From: Spirochaetia bacterium | GTDB lineage: Bacteria > Spirochaetota > Spirochaetia > DSM-2461 | Direction of reading: 5' to 3' | Length of the DNA stretch: 64,000 nt | Assembly: GCA_963666985.2 (NCBI GenBank) | Contig: CAXXIA010000001.1 | Location: 512,001 to 576,000, forward strand | Made by a program: the position numbers and the translations under genes | Notes under the pieces: generated by a model | Seen by the model: the letters and a program-made list of their open reading frames with translations, nothing else | Databases searched by the model: none | Told to the model about the DNA's origin: nothing | In this document: positions 38,229 to 49,056 of the stretch, piece by piece | Numbering within the stretch: position 1 is the first letter of the stretch | Layout of the letters: every line of letters starts with the position of its first letter

Positions 38229-38514
38229 ACGCTAATTTCCGGAGATCGGCATGAATGTTTTTCGGATCGGTCCGATATTATACGATCGACATAGTTTGAC
38301 ATGGATTCGAGTTCGTTGCGGTTGAGTCGATTATGCATGATTAAGGGGATTATATTCTCAATGGCGTCCGGTATCCACATAGGATGATGCTTCTTTTTTA
38401 AGCCGCTTATGATTTTCGATGATCGAGGTTCCATCAATCCGGTTCCCGCTCTTTATCCCTTCATGCTATCCTTTTTTTGTTCATTCAACGCTACATTCCG
38501 GAGCCAACCCTGAG

Positions 38515-39387
38515 GTGTCGTCCAACATTGCCGCAATAATTACTCTGGCCCGGCCCAAACATTGGATTAAAAACACATTTATTTTGGTTCCGCTTTTTCT
38601 CACTTTCCGGTTTTCCGATGTGCCTTCTCTTTGCCGGGTGGCGGCGGTTTTTGCCGTCTTTTGCGCGGCTTCATCCGCCGTATATGCCGGGAACGACATT
38701 GTCGACCGTGAAAGAGATCGGCTTCACGATACGAAACGGCTTCGTCCCGTCGCTTCAGGGTTACTCAGCGTATCGGCCGCGTTGGTCTTCTTCATACTTT
38801 TAACGGCTATTTCTCTTGCGGCGGGTTTCTTTCTCTCACCATCAACAGGTTTTTATGTTCTTATTTATCTCGGACTGAATGCCTCCTACACGTTCTGGCT
38901 GAAACGGATCGCAATTGTGGATGTTTTTGTATTAGCCGCGGGATTTGTAATCCGTGTGCTTGCCGGTGCCGAAATTATTGATGTTTCGATATCTCACTGG
39001 ATGATCCTTATCACCATCTTCCTTTCTCTGTTCCTGGGATTCGGGAAGCGCTACAGTGAAATACTGAAAGAAAACGCCGAAGAGCATCGAAGAGTTCTTT
39101 CCGCGTATACCCCCGAGGTTTTGAAAATTTATGTGGTGATGTGCGGCATTCTTTCCATAGTCACGTATGCCTTTTATACCATCGACAGTCATGTGGCCAA
39201 ACGATTTTTTACCTCTCGACTTCTTTACTCCATTCCCGTGGTAGCTTTCGGATTGTTCCGATATATCCTGCTGGTTATCGGCCGGGGAGAAGGGGGAGAT
39301 GTGGCGGATCTTGTTATTAAAGATAAAGTTATCCTTGCGTCTCTTCTTATGTGGGCGGGCATCATATTATGGGCGCATCGATGGTAG
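38515..39387 (+). CDS. UbiA-family polyprenyl-phosphate 5-phosphoribosyltransferase (DPPR-synthase-like)
   Basis: LARPKHWIKN, NDIVDRERDRLHDTKRLRPVASG, LKRIAIVDV and GFGKRYSE motifs. A GTG start at 38515 is likely (ORF track: 38419). Confidence 0.88.
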   Translation: MSSNIAAIITLARPKHWIKNTFILVPLFLTFRFSDVPSLCRVAAVFAVFCAASSAVYAGNDIVDRERDRLHDTKRLRPVASGLLSVSAALVFFILLTAISLAAGFFLSPSTGFYVLIYLGLNASYTFWLKRIAIVDVFVLAAGFVIRVLAGAEIIDVSISHWMILITIFLSLFLGFGKRYSEILKENAEEHRRVLSAYTPEVLKIYVVMCGILSIVTYAFYTIDSHVAKRFFTSRLLYSIPVVAFGLFRYILLVIGRGEGGDVADLVIKDKVILASLLMWAGIILWAHRW

Positions 39388-39815
39388 AAGCCTTTGGGAG
39401 ACTTTTAGAATCCAGAAGTTCTGGTGCGATTATTGTTAAATATGTGATTTTCGCAGGTCTCTCCATCGGCGCAAACTTGTTCTCTCAATGGCTGACGGGA
39501 AAGATTTATAACGGCCGCTATGATATTTGGGCTATGTTGGTTGTCGGAACCGGCATCGGTCTTGTCGTGAAATATTTTCTGGATAAAAGATATATTTTTT
39601 TCTTTGCCGCCGAATCTCAAATCCATGATTTGAAGACCTTCATTTTTTATGTCGGAATGGGGCTTATTACAACCGCCATGTTTTGGGGTACGGAGCTTAT
39701 TTTTAATGCATTTGCAGACCGAGAGGCGGCGAAATATATCGGCGGAGGCATCGGGCTGTGCGCCGGCTACATTACAAAATATTTTCTTGATAGAAAGTGG
39801 GTATTTAAAGCATGA
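39381..39815 (+). CDS. GtrA-family lipid-linked sugar flippase
   Basis: Small 4-TM protein with the internal duplication KYFLDKRYIF / KYFLDRKWVF. Confidence 0.88.
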   Translation: MVEAFGRLLESRSSGAIIVKYVIFAGLSIGANLFSQWLTGKIYNGRYDIWAMLVVGTGIGLVVKYFLDKRYIFFFAAESQIHDLKTFIFYVGMGLITTAMFWGTELIFNAFADREAAKYIGGGIGLCAGYITKYFLDRKWVFKA

Positions 39816-40849
39816 AAGTTCTTATAACCGGCGGCGCCGGATTTCTCGGGATTAATTTGGTTCGTCATCTTCTATCGAAAGGTGCCGATGAGATCGTCAG
39901 CCTTGACTTACTGCCGTTCGACTATCCCGAACGGGATAAAATTACGGAGATAACCGGCGATATTCGTAACCGGGCGGCAGTGGAGGCGGCCGTAACGGGC
40001 GCCGATGTCGTCGTCCATGGTGCGGCGGCCTTGCCGCTTTATACCAAAGAGGAAATTCGAACAACCGATATAGACGGCACGCGGTGTGTCTTGGAAGCCG
40101 CTTTTGCGGCGGGAGTAAGCCGGTTTGTGCATATTTCTTCCACCGCCGTTTATGGTATTCCCAATCATCATCCCTTATTCGAGGATGATGAACTTGATGG
40201 TGTCGGACCATATGGTGAAGCGAAAATCGCCGCCGAGGAAATCTGCCTGGAATACCGAAAAAAGGGAATGTGTGTTCCGATTATCAGGCCGAAATCGTTT
40301 ATCGGGCCGGAGCGTCTCGGAGTTTTTGCGCTGCTCTATGACTGGGCTAAAGACGGTCGGGGATTTCCAATGATAGGCCGGGGGGATAATCAATATCAGC
40401 TTCTGGACGTGGAAGATCTCTGCGAAGCCATTTGGCTGACCATAACCTTGGAATCCGATAAGGCGAACGATACGTTTAATATCGGGGCCGAGGAATTCAC
40501 AACAATGAAGGAGGATTACCAGGCGGTACTGGATCGAGCGGGATTTGGAAAGAAAATCATCGGCTTCCCAGCCGGACCCGTTATCATTTCTCTTAGAATC
40601 CTCGAGGCTCTGAAACTTTCGCCCCTGTATAAATGGGTGTATGAAACCGCGAGCAAGGACTCGTTCGTTTCCGTGGATAAGGCTAAGGAAAAGCTGGGAT
40701 TTATGCCGAAGTTCAGCAATAAAGACGCTCTTGTTCGAAATTACGAATGGTATATCGACAATCTCGATTCGTTCGAGAACTCCAGCGGCGTAAACCACAG
40801 AGTTCCCTGGAAACAAGGGATTCTTAAAATGGCCAAAAGGTTTTTCTGA
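39812..40849 (+). CDS. NAD-dependent epimerase/dehydratase (extended SDR)
   Basis: TGGAGFLG, SSTAVYG and YGEAK (YxxxK) motifs. ATGA coupling to GtrA. Confidence 0.93.
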   Translation: MKVLITGGAGFLGINLVRHLLSKGADEIVSLDLLPFDYPERDKITEITGDIRNRAAVEAAVTGADVVVHGAAALPLYTKEEIRTTDIDGTRCVLEAAFAAGVSRFVHISSTAVYGIPNHHPLFEDDELDGVGPYGEAKIAAEEICLEYRKKGMCVPIIRPKSFIGPERLGVFALLYDWAKDGRGFPMIGRGDNQYQLLDVEDLCEAIWLTITLESDKANDTFNIGAEEFTTMKEDYQAVLDRAGFGKKIIGFPAGPVIISLRILEALKLSPLYKWVYETASKDSFVSVDKAKEKLGFMPKFSNKDALVRNYEWYIDNLDSFENSSGVNHRVPWKQGILKMAKRFF

Positions 40850-40873
40850 GCACTTTTTCAGACGAAATGCTTC

Positions 40874-40909
40874 TTGTTCCAATTCATATATAGTGATAAA
40901 CTAAATATT
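40874..40909 (+). promoter_or_regulatory. Promoter for a probably leaderless ArsR mRNA
   Basis: TTGTTC-N17-TAAACT with an extended TG motif, then 7 nt to the ATG, with no Shine-Dalgarno. Confidence 0.6.
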
Positions 40910-41191
40910 ATGATCGAAAATAACTGCTGTTCCGATGAACTTCTTGAAGGATATGCCCAGAAACTTAAGGTTTGCGGCCATCCTCTGCGTTTAAAAATAC
41001 TGTGTCTCATTGAAAAACAAGACTCCTGCGTTTCGGATCTCTGGCAGTGCCTCAGTCAGCCTCAACCGGTTATCAGCCAGCATTTGGCGGTACTTAAAGA
41101 TAAGGGTATCGTTGAATCAACGACGGAAGGGAATAGGCGGATTTATCGAATTGCCGATGAATTTGTTCGAGAAATCATCGTGAAATTCTAG
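40910..41191 (+). CDS. ArsR/SmtB-family regulator
   Basis: LKVCGHPLRLKIL, SQPVISQHLAVLKDKGIV and EGNRRIY motifs; several cysteines. Confidence 0.93.
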   Translation: MIENNCCSDELLEGYAQKLKVCGHPLRLKILCLIEKQDSCVSDLWQCLSQPQPVISQHLAVLKDKGIVESTTEGNRRIYRIADEFVREIIVKF

Positions 41192-41267
41192 ACAATATAC
41201 ATCATATTTTTAAATTCTTCGAAAAAGCCTTTCATTGATTCAACTCACTTACTGGTTCTTTTCGGCA

Positions 41268-43148
41268 TTACTTCTGAGCGATGATGTCTACACATTCTTC
41301 GATCGTTTTCTTGGCGGTATCAATGATAATTTCAGCGTTTATCGGTTCTTCATATGGAGCACTGATACCGGTAAAGTTCGGGATTTCCCCGGCCAGGGCT
41401 TTCTTGTAGAGTCCTTTCGGATCACGATTGATACATTCATCGAGACTGCATGAAACATGTACTTCTTTAAAGCCTCCATCCGGAAAGAGGTCTCGGACAA
41501 AATCCCTTAAAGCCCGTGTCGGCGAGATAAAGCAGCATAAAACGATAAATCCGGCATCGTACATCAGTCTTGCAACGTGTCCGACGCGGCGAATATTCTC
41601 TTCTCTGTCTTCTGCGGAAAATCCCAAATCACCGTTAAGCCCATGTCGTACATTGTCTCCGTCGATAACAAAAACCTGCCTTCCTTCGGCAAAAAGTCTT
41701 TGTTCAAAAGCGCGGGCAAGCGTACTTTTACCCGATCCGGAGAGGCCGGTAAACCAGTAACAGGCCGGTTCGTGTCCGTTACGGAGAATTCGTTGTTCCA
41801 ATGAAATCTTTCCCGCATGCCAAACAACGTTTGAACTGCGGGCCAAATGTTCCGCGTGATCCGGAGCCAGATCAGGAACGCCGCGAATCTCGCCGCGAAT
41901 CATTCCGGCTCCAACGGTTCTGTTGCTGGCCGGATCAATTAAAATGAAACCGCCTGTCTCGCGGTTTATCTCGTAGGGATCGAAAAAAAGCGGTTGAGAC
42001 GTTTCAACCGAAACTCTTCCGATTTCATTGAGTTCCAAATCTTCGGCTTCCCGATCTCTGTGAAGTGTGTTTACGTCGACGCGGTATATAAGTTCGCGTA
42101 CAAAAGCCTGCGCTTCGCGAGTTGTGTGTCGAATGATATAGTTTGTATCAATTCTTAGAGGACTCTTTTCGTCCATCCAGCAAAGAGAAGCATCGAAACG
42201 GGTGGATGCCGACGGCATATTCCGTGTCTTTACCAGCATTTCACCACGACTCAGATCCACCTCATCTTCCAAAGTGAGGATGATGGAATCCCCGGCCCGT
42301 GCTTCATTCATATCACCGTCGGCGTTTATTATTTTCTTGATTCTTGTTTTTATACAGGAGGGGAGAGTTATCACTTCTTCTCCCGAATTAACCGTTCCGG
42401 ACGACACTCTTCCCGCAAAGCCTCTGAAGTTTTGATGAGGCCGTACAACATACTGAATAGGAAATCGAAAATCCGTCAGGTTTTTGTCGGCCGCAATGGT
42501 AATTGTTTCCAGATAATGGAGTACGGTTGGTCCGTCATACCACTTCAATCGCTCACTATGGTCTACGATATTATCTCCAACCAGAGCACTTACGGGGATA
42601 AAAGAAATATCATGGATTTTAAGTTTTTCACTGAATGATTTATATTCGGCTACAATTGTATCAAAACGTTCTTTGGAATAATCCACCAAGTCCATTTTAT
42701 TAACCGCTACAAGCAAATGCGGAATACCTAGAAGTGATGCTAGAAATCCATGCCGCTTCGATTGAGTCAGAACTCCGTTGCGGGCATCGATTAGAATAAC
42801 CGCTAAATCGGCTGTGGATGCTCCGGTAACCATGTTTCGTGTATACTGTTCATGACCGGGCGTGTCCGCGATGATGAATTTCCTTTTCGGTGTTGCAAAG
42901 TAACGATAGGCCACATCTATTGTGATGCCTTGCTCCCGCTCCGCACGCAGGCCGTCCGTAAGGAGCGCTAAATTTACGGCTTCCTCACCGCGAAGTTTGC
43001 TGGATCGTTCCAGTGCTTCCATTTGATCCTGAAAGATTGCCTTGCTGTCATAGAGAAGACGTCCAATCAACGTGCTTTTTCCGTCATCTACACTGCCGGC
43101 CGTGGTAAAACGTAAGAGATCGCGAGTATCACTTAAGATGTCGTTCAT
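41268..43148 (-). CDS. cysNC: Bifunctional sulfate adenylyltransferase subunit 1 / APS kinase (CysNC, NodQ-like)
   Basis: [30 protein letters not shown] and [13 protein letters not shown]-terminal APS kinase [21 protein letters not shown] and RDPKGLY. Confidence 0.97.
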   Translation of the reverse strand: MNDILSDTRDLLRFTTAGSVDDGKSTLIGRLLYDSKAIFQDQMEALERSSKLRGEEAVNLALLTDGLRAEREQGITIDVAYRYFATPKRKFIIADTPGHEQYTRNMVTGASTADLAVILIDARNGVLTQSKRHGFLASLLGIPHLLVAVNKMDLVDYSKERFDTIVAEYKSFSEKLKIHDISFIPVSALVGDNIVDHSERLKWYDGPTVLHYLETITIAADKNLTDFRFPIQYVVRPHQNFRGFAGRVSSGTVNSGEEVITLPSCIKTRIKKIINADGDMNEARAGDSIILTLEDEVDLSRGEMLVKTRNMPSASTRFDASLCWMDEKSPLRIDTNYIIRHTTREAQAFVRELIYRVDVNTLHRDREAEDLELNEIGRVSVETSQPLFFDPYEINRETGGFILIDPASNRTVGAGMIRGEIRGVPDLAPDHAEHLARSSNVVWHAGKISLEQRILRNGHEPACYWFTGLSGSGKSTLARAFEQRLFAEGRQVFVIDGDNVRHGLNGDLGFSAEDREENIRRVGHVARLMYDAGFIVLCCFISPTRALRDFVRDLFPDGGFKEVHVSCSLDECINRDPKGLYKKALAGEIPNFTGISAPYEEPINAEIIIDTAKKTIEECVDIIAQK

Positions 43149-44053
43149 TAGAAATAACCAGCCTTTTTTCTGTCTTCCATAGCGGCTTCGGAGCGTTTGT
43201 CGTCGGCGCGTCCTCCGCGTTCGGTAGTACGAGTGGCCGCAATCTCGGCAAGAATATCGTCCAATGATGCAGCCGGTGATTCAACCGCGCCCGTGCAGGT
43301 CATATCACCAATGGTTCTGAATCTTACGGTACGTTTTTGTACTCTTTCTTGAGGAAAAAGTTCCATGAATGGAGCCCATCCGAGAATAACACCATCTCTA
43401 ACCACCACATCACGTTCATGACTGAAATAAAGTGATGGAAGCTCAATTTCGTTTGCCCGTATATAGGCCCATACATCCAGTTCTGTCCAGTTACTGATGG
43501 GAAAGACTCGGAAATGTTCTCCAGGTTTCTTTCGGCCGTTGAAAAGATGCCAGAGTTCCGGGCGCTGATTCTTCGGATCCCATTGACCGAAAGCGTCCCT
43601 GTGGGAGAAAAAACGCTCTTTTGCTCGAGCTTTTTCTTCATCCCTTCTGGCGCCGCCCATAGCCGCATCGAATTTAAATTCAGTCAGGGCGTCCAATAAA
43701 GTAACGGTCTGTAGAGCGTTTCTACTGGCACCGGGACCGCTTTCATCGACGACGCGTCCGGAATTGATGCTTTCAAGCACAGTTCTAACGATAAGAAGGG
43801 CATCAAGAGATTCTATAAACTTATTTCTGAATTCCAATGTTTCAGGGAAATTATGCCCTGTATCGATATGCATAAATGGAAAGGGTATTTTTCCCGGCGC
43901 GAATGCTCTGCGGGCTAAGAACGCCATGCAAATGGAGTCTTTTCCACCTGAAAACAGCATAACGGGTTTCTCAAATTGAGCGGCCGCTTCACGAATAACG
44001 TAGATTGCCTCGGATTCGAGCTCTTCAAGGTTGGGATTGAGTCTATTTTGCAT
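43148..44053 (-). CDS. cysD: Sulfate adenylyltransferase subunit 2
   Basis: [40 protein letters not shown] and EDRKKAGYF motifs. Confidence 0.98.
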   Translation of the reverse strand: MQNRLNPNLEELESEAIYVIREAAAQFEKPVMLFSGGKDSICMAFLARRAFAPGKIPFPFMHIDTGHNFPETLEFRNKFIESLDALLIVRTVLESINSGRVVDESGPGASRNALQTVTLLDALTEFKFDAAMGGARRDEEKARAKERFFSHRDAFGQWDPKNQRPELWHLFNGRKKPGEHFRVFPISNWTELDVWAYIRANEIELPSLYFSHERDVVVRDGVILGWAPFMELFPQERVQKRTVRFRTIGDMTCTGAVESPAASLDDILAEIAATRTTERGGRADDKRSEAAMEDRKKAGYF

Positions 44054-44103
44054 AATGGAGGATTGTAATTGATTTTTTTAATAAATGAAATTGATTTACT
44101 AAA

Positions 44104-45150
44104 TCAATCACAACGAATAAGTTCTTTGCTGTTTTCCGTCAACCGATCAATTCTCGACAATACATCAGTAATCGGTTTCCCAAAAAGAGCGCATATGTTG
44201 TAAATCATTGAAATCTGATCTGGTTGAAGTTCGTTTTTCCAGCCGAAGATTCGATCGTGAAGAGAACTATTTATTCTGTTTGATCTTGTTGTTGAAGAGT
44301 TTTCAAACATATCAATGTTATGGGAATTGTTTTTGTCCGTTTCCAGATATCTTACAAGATCCTGAATAGAGGAATTCTGATTCAACATAAACTCTTCATA
44401 GTAAATAATATAAGGATTGAAATTATTAGTTTGAATTTGTAACAAAGGTACGATATTCGTGATGCACCAATAAAGGGTTATATATTCTATGGGATTATAA
44501 TTATCTTTTGATAGTAAATGAGAATAATGATGCAGATAATCTTTCATTAAATGGCTTTGTAATGTGAAAATATCTTTAAAATAATCAATTGTAAGGAAAT
44601 AGCGCATCCCTTCTCCGCGCAGAATACTTGCCACAATAGCCGCAGGATGTCGTAAAATAAAAATCGTTTTACATGCAAAATGATTCTGAATGGCACCAAT
44701 AGCAAGATTCGCCCTGACAAATTTAACAATTACAGGAGATTTAAATGAATTTTTTAATGGTTTTCTTCGATGTGTTTTATAATCTCCAATGCTGCCTTTG
44801 GTAAGCTTCTCGATGAAAATAAGAAGATTTAAATCTTTACTATTAATTGGGATATATGGATACATTTCGGTAATATAATTACCGTTTGAAGTCATAAAAT
44901 TCTTTTTTAAATGATACTTTCTTGAAGGCTTAAAGCGAAATTCAAATGGTTCGGAAACAACTTTGCCGTTTGTTAATTTTTGTATCAGCTCGAAAAAAAA
45001 AGTAGTTCCGCTTCTCCAAAAACCTGAAATTATAATTGCATCTGAAGGTTTTTTATTAAATGAAGATAGTTGGTCGATAAAAAAAATGAATATATTTATT
45101 ACTTTTTTTGCATGATTTTTAAACGCAGCATCAATTTTCTTTTTTTTCAT
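44104..45150 (-). CDS. Sulfotransferase (Sulfotransfer_1/3 type)
   Basis: 5'-PSB motif SGFWRSGTT, EPF, 3'-PB motif LRHPAAIVAS, YYEE and WKNEL. Directly upstream of cysD. Confidence 0.85.
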   Translation of the reverse strand: MKKKKIDAAFKNHAKKVINIFIFFIDQLSSFNKKPSDAIIISGFWRSGTTFFFELIQKLTNGKVVSEPFEFRFKPSRKYHLKKNFMTSNGNYITEMYPYIPINSKDLNLLIFIEKLTKGSIGDYKTHRRKPLKNSFKSPVIVKFVRANLAIGAIQNHFACKTIFILRHPAAIVASILRGEGMRYFLTIDYFKDIFTLQSHLMKDYLHHYSHLLSKDNYNPIEYITLYWCITNIVPLLQIQTNNFNPYIIYYEEFMLNQNSSIQDLVRYLETDKNNSHNIDMFENSSTTRSNRINSSLHDRIFGWKNELQPDQISMIYNICALFGKPITDVLSRIDRLTENSKELIRCD

Positions 45151-45257
45151 GTTAATTCTTTTTAATTACAACATTTTTAATGAAAAAAGCAGAATTGTCA
45201 AGAAGAGATAAATATTCAAAAATTTGGAATCTGTAATAAATAGCAATTTAAATAAAG

Positions 45258-45557
45258 GCGGATTGAAATTCCTAACGCAATTCAGCCAATGCCTGCTTCG
45301 GCGTTTTATACTCCAAAGTTTTTCTTGGCCTTTCATTTAACAATCGGGCTATTCGACCCACATAATATTGGTCGATATTCCGAAAATCATCAATTTCATA
45401 AAGCATATCACGGATCAAACCATTTGTATTTTCGCATGTTGCTTTTTCCCATGGCGAATGGGGGTGACAAAAGAAAACATCGATTTCAGCTTTTTCAGCC
45501 AACCGCTTGTGCTCACTATTTTCCTTACCTTGATCCAAGGTCAACGGCTTTCTTAGA
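45258..45557 (-). mobile_element. IS30-family right-end fragment (same element as 30978-31698)
   Basis: Same IR and near-identical 3' transposase segment (DQGKENSEH...CHPHSPWEK...LLNERPRKTLEYKTP). Confidence 0.9.
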
Positions 45558-46824
45558 TGAAGGATTATCATAAAAAGTACAGTCAAAAAATACCCGAAAA
45601 TAACAGGGTATTAAAATAAGACAGTACAGTAAAGAGTTCAAAGAACAAGCATTGAAGCTATCCGATGAAATCGGATTAAAGAAAGCATCGGAACAGTTGG
45701 GTGTAAATTATGGACTTTGTCCGGCTGGAGAAAAATCCGGAAGAGAAAAGGCGGTGAGAAGTCAATACCTGATACATCTCCTCTAACCGAGCGGGAAAAA
45801 CAATTACTGAGGGAAAATCATGAGCTAAAAGAGGCAAATGAGATTCTGAAGGATGCACTTGGTTTTTTCGCGAAGGACCGGAAAAAGTGAGTCCAAGAAC
45901 AATCTTTGCATATATCTTGAATGGTCAGGAAGGAAATCATTCGCCTGTCGTGATGATGTGCAAAGCATTGAATGTCAGCGAAATAAGTGGAAACGCATCC
46001 GAAATAAGCCTAGAGCCCGGCAACTTCTTCTGGCCAAAATCCATGAGATTTTGGATGAGCACCCGGATAACAAAAACTACGGGATCGACAGGGTTCACAT
46101 TACACTGCAGCAAAAGGGAGAGATTGTATCTCGATCCACGGTGATCAGGGCTATGCGAAAAGGGGATTTAATTCATAGGAGTTACAGGAGTCCAAACGGG
46201 CTTACAAAGGCAGATAAAAAGGCTCAGAGACCAGAAAATATACTGAAGAGGGACTTTAGCGCAACACCGCCGAATTAGAAGTCGCTGACTGATATTACCG
46301 AACACCCGTGCTCTGACGGGAAGTTGTATGTAGCACCAGTCTTGGATTGTTTTGGAGGAGAAATCGTCAGCATCGCAATGGATAACCATATGAAAAAGGA
46401 ATTGTGCCCTTCGCGTCATTGATGATGCATATAAAAGCAGAAATCCTGGGAGCGGTGTTCTCATTCATAGCGATGCCGGTAGCCGGCATATGAGTGACCG
46501 ATTTAAGAAGTTGCTTGGTAATTATCGGGCTATTCAGAGCATGAGTGATGTCGGAAATGCTACGACAATACTCGTATGGAAAGTTTCTTCGCAACATTGA
46601 AGAAAGAAAAGCTTGATAAAATGAATACAAGGAAAATGACCAGGGAATAAATAAAGACTGTAATCTTGCGCTATGTCATGATTAATTACAATCGTAAGCG
46701 CATCAGTACGGTTAACAAGGGAGGTTGGCCTCCAGTTATCTACAGGAAAAAGGTAGCCGCTCAAGAAGAGGTTGCTTAACAATATTTTAGGTACTTAGGG
46801 ACTGCACCGATGTTGACATTTTCA
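45558..46824 (+). mobile_element. Degenerate IS3-family element (orfA/orfB pseudogenes)
   Basis: TG...CA ends with imperfect IRs. orfA fragment QYSKEFKEQALKLSDEIG, GGAAAAAGTGA frameshift site, and orfB fragments NYGIDRV, ENILKRDF, TDITE...GKLY...LDCF, HSDAG and MESFFATLKKE. Many stops and frameshifts. Confidence 0.9.
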
Positions 46825-47177
46825 AGAAAATCGGGTTAAGAAACCAGCTCACTGTTAATGGATAATTAAAATAACGTGTATTACGGTTCGGTAATAATAA
46901 GATTAACGTTATTATGGGTAGAATTCTTAAGTATCTCAGAAAAGAAGACATTCGCGGCGATTTTTAAAGCCTATTCAAAGCAATTTTGAGAATTTACGGC
47001 CATCAGATAAAGGATTTTTATTGAATTTTTTGAATGCCCTCTTGTATTCGGATTGTATTGGATGCTGTACCGGGTATTCAACGGGAGAGAGTATATACTA
47101 TCATAGCATCACCCGAGGGGACGGAAATGACAGCAGGAAATAATTCATCCAAAGTTGTTTTATTTAAAGAGGAAAAT

Positions 47178-48914
47178 GTGTGTAAGAAGGTTAAAATTAG
47201 TGTTATTATTCCTTTTCTTAATAATGCTTCAACAATTAGGCGATGTATCAAAAGTGTTCAACAACAATCAATAATAGATTTGGAAATTATATGTGTTGAC
47301 AATGGCTCTACTGATGAAGGTTTACGGATTATTCAAGAAATCTCAGAAGACGATGAGAGAGTTAAGCTTTTTTTTGAAAGCGAGGCGGGGGCAGGTCCAT
47401 CTAGAAATAAGGGTCTCATTGAATCAAATGGTATTTATGTCATTTTTATCGATGCTGATGATCGTTTGGCTTCGAATGAATCACTGTCAAAACTATTGTT
47501 GGTAGCCGAGAAATCAAAATCTCCTCTGGTAAAAGGAAATTATTTAATAGTTGATAAAAAGGGTAGTAGAGAACCGAAAATTGATGGGAAGAGTTTTATT
47601 ATTAATGAAGAGAAAGCCTTGTATTGGTATGAAACTTACAAATTATCGATATTCTGGGGACTCTATACCTATTTGATTCGGCGTGATTTTCTTATTAAAA
47701 ACGGAATTGTTTCCCCATCGTTGATTCGTGCACAAGATTCAGTTTTCATAGCGAGGATGTTTCGGAAAATCGATACCCCAATTCCATGTATACCAGATAT
47801 AGTTTATTTGTATTATCAGGGATCGGGAAAATGGAATTTTGAAGACTGGGAATATGAGCGGGTTTTATCAGTGTTTCAAGCCTATAAAACGTTGTTTATC
47901 TTTTTTAGAGATGAAAATAAATATGAACAATGGATATGGTATCAAGCGACGATATTGCCTAAGATTAGAAAGTTGATAACAAATTTTGGTTTGGATAAAT
48001 ATTCTGACGATCGTTTGTATTCCTTATGCAAAGAATTATTAGGTTCATTACACAATCATGAAGAAATGTTAAGCAAGAATCCGTTTCAGAAAGGCTTGCC
48101 AAGAATGTATTCATTTCTATATAGGATATTAGTCAATTTTGAACCAGTTGAGAATCCTAAAATTACTATTGTAGTTATTGTACGTGATACCGCAAAGTAT
48201 TTGCATAAAACAGTTGAATCAATCTTGGAACAAGAATTTGTAAATTGGGAAATCTTACTGATTAACGGAAGTCTTGCCGAGTTGGCGCATGAAGTATGTA
48301 ACACACTCTCACAAAATGATAACAGAATTAATGTACTTCATGTAGGTAAAAGAAACTGGCGTATCTTAGCTGCGAAAGGAGTTGAATTGGCCGGTGGTAA
48401 TTATATTCATTTTATTAATTCAGGTGATTATCTTTTAAATACATGTATTTATTCCGATGTAATAAAAGTATATAAAAAGATTAATACCGATATTGTTGCT
48501 TTTAGGGAAAGAGTCGAAAATGATATGGATGACTCATTGAGTCTAGCGAGTGCATATGATGAAAATATCAGGAACTCTCTTTCTTATTCAAAAGGAAATG
48601 TCCTTGATGCAGCCCAATATGGTTATCTTAAATTGTTTGGGAATACCCCACCATGTCTTTGGAATAAGATTTATCGAATAGAAGTCGTAAAAAATCACTT
48701 GTCTCTGGGAAAACAATGGAAAAGATATCGAATTTCTTTCTTTAAGATCTTGCTTCGTAATCCAACGTTTTTTTGCTGTGATGGAATTTTGGACTGTCAT
48801 TCTCTGCGTAAATTGAATTATGATGAAAAGTTAGGCAATCTAATCTATAAGATAGTAATAAGAGTATTAGGAATTAAAAAGACACTTTGCGAGTTATTAA
48901 GTGATAGATTTTGA
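47178..48914 (+). CDS. Two-domain GT2 glycosyltransferase (second domain degenerate)
   Basis: Domain 1: ISVIIP, VDNGSTD, FIDADD, AQD. Domain 2: ITIVVIV, INGS, FINSGD, LWNKIY. GTG at 47178 follows AGAGGA (ORF track: 47034). Confidence 0.88.
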   Translation: MCKKVKISVIIPFLNNASTIRRCIKSVQQQSIIDLEIICVDNGSTDEGLRIIQEISEDDERVKLFFESEAGAGPSRNKGLIESNGIYVIFIDADDRLASNESLSKLLLVAEKSKSPLVKGNYLIVDKKGSREPKIDGKSFIINEEKALYWYETYKLSIFWGLYTYLIRRDFLIKNGIVSPSLIRAQDSVFIARMFRKIDTPIPCIPDIVYLYYQGSGKWNFEDWEYERVLSVFQAYKTLFIFFRDENKYEQWIWYQATILPKIRKLITNFGLDKYSDDRLYSLCKELLGSLHNHEEMLSKNPFQKGLPRMYSFLYRILVNFEPVENPKITIVVIVRDTAKYLHKTVESILEQEFVNWEILLINGSLAELAHEVCNTLSQNDNRINVLHVGKRNWRILAAKGVELAGGNYIHFINSGDYLLNTCIYSDVIKVYKKINTDIVAFRERVENDMDDSLSLASAYDENIRNSLSYSKGNVLDAAQYGYLKLFGNTPPCLWNKIYRIEVVKNHLSLGKQWKRYRISFFKILLRNPTFFCCDGILDCHSLRKLNYDEKLGNLIYKIVIRVLGIKKTLCELLSDRF

Positions 48915-49056
48915 TGTAGTGCAAAGATCTTTTTTTAATGGCTTTCAAGAGAGAATTGTTAGAATGATGATATCCTTTTGTCTTGTAATTATATTATTTC
49001 TTGTGAATTTGACGCTAGTAATGAAGTGCAAAGTTAGGTAGAAGGTGGTAAATAAG

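Noticed and set aside
38225..38437. 70-aa ORF upstream of the GlpA-like gene
   Set aside because: It lies in a divergent promoter region with no SD or motif and is likely spurious.
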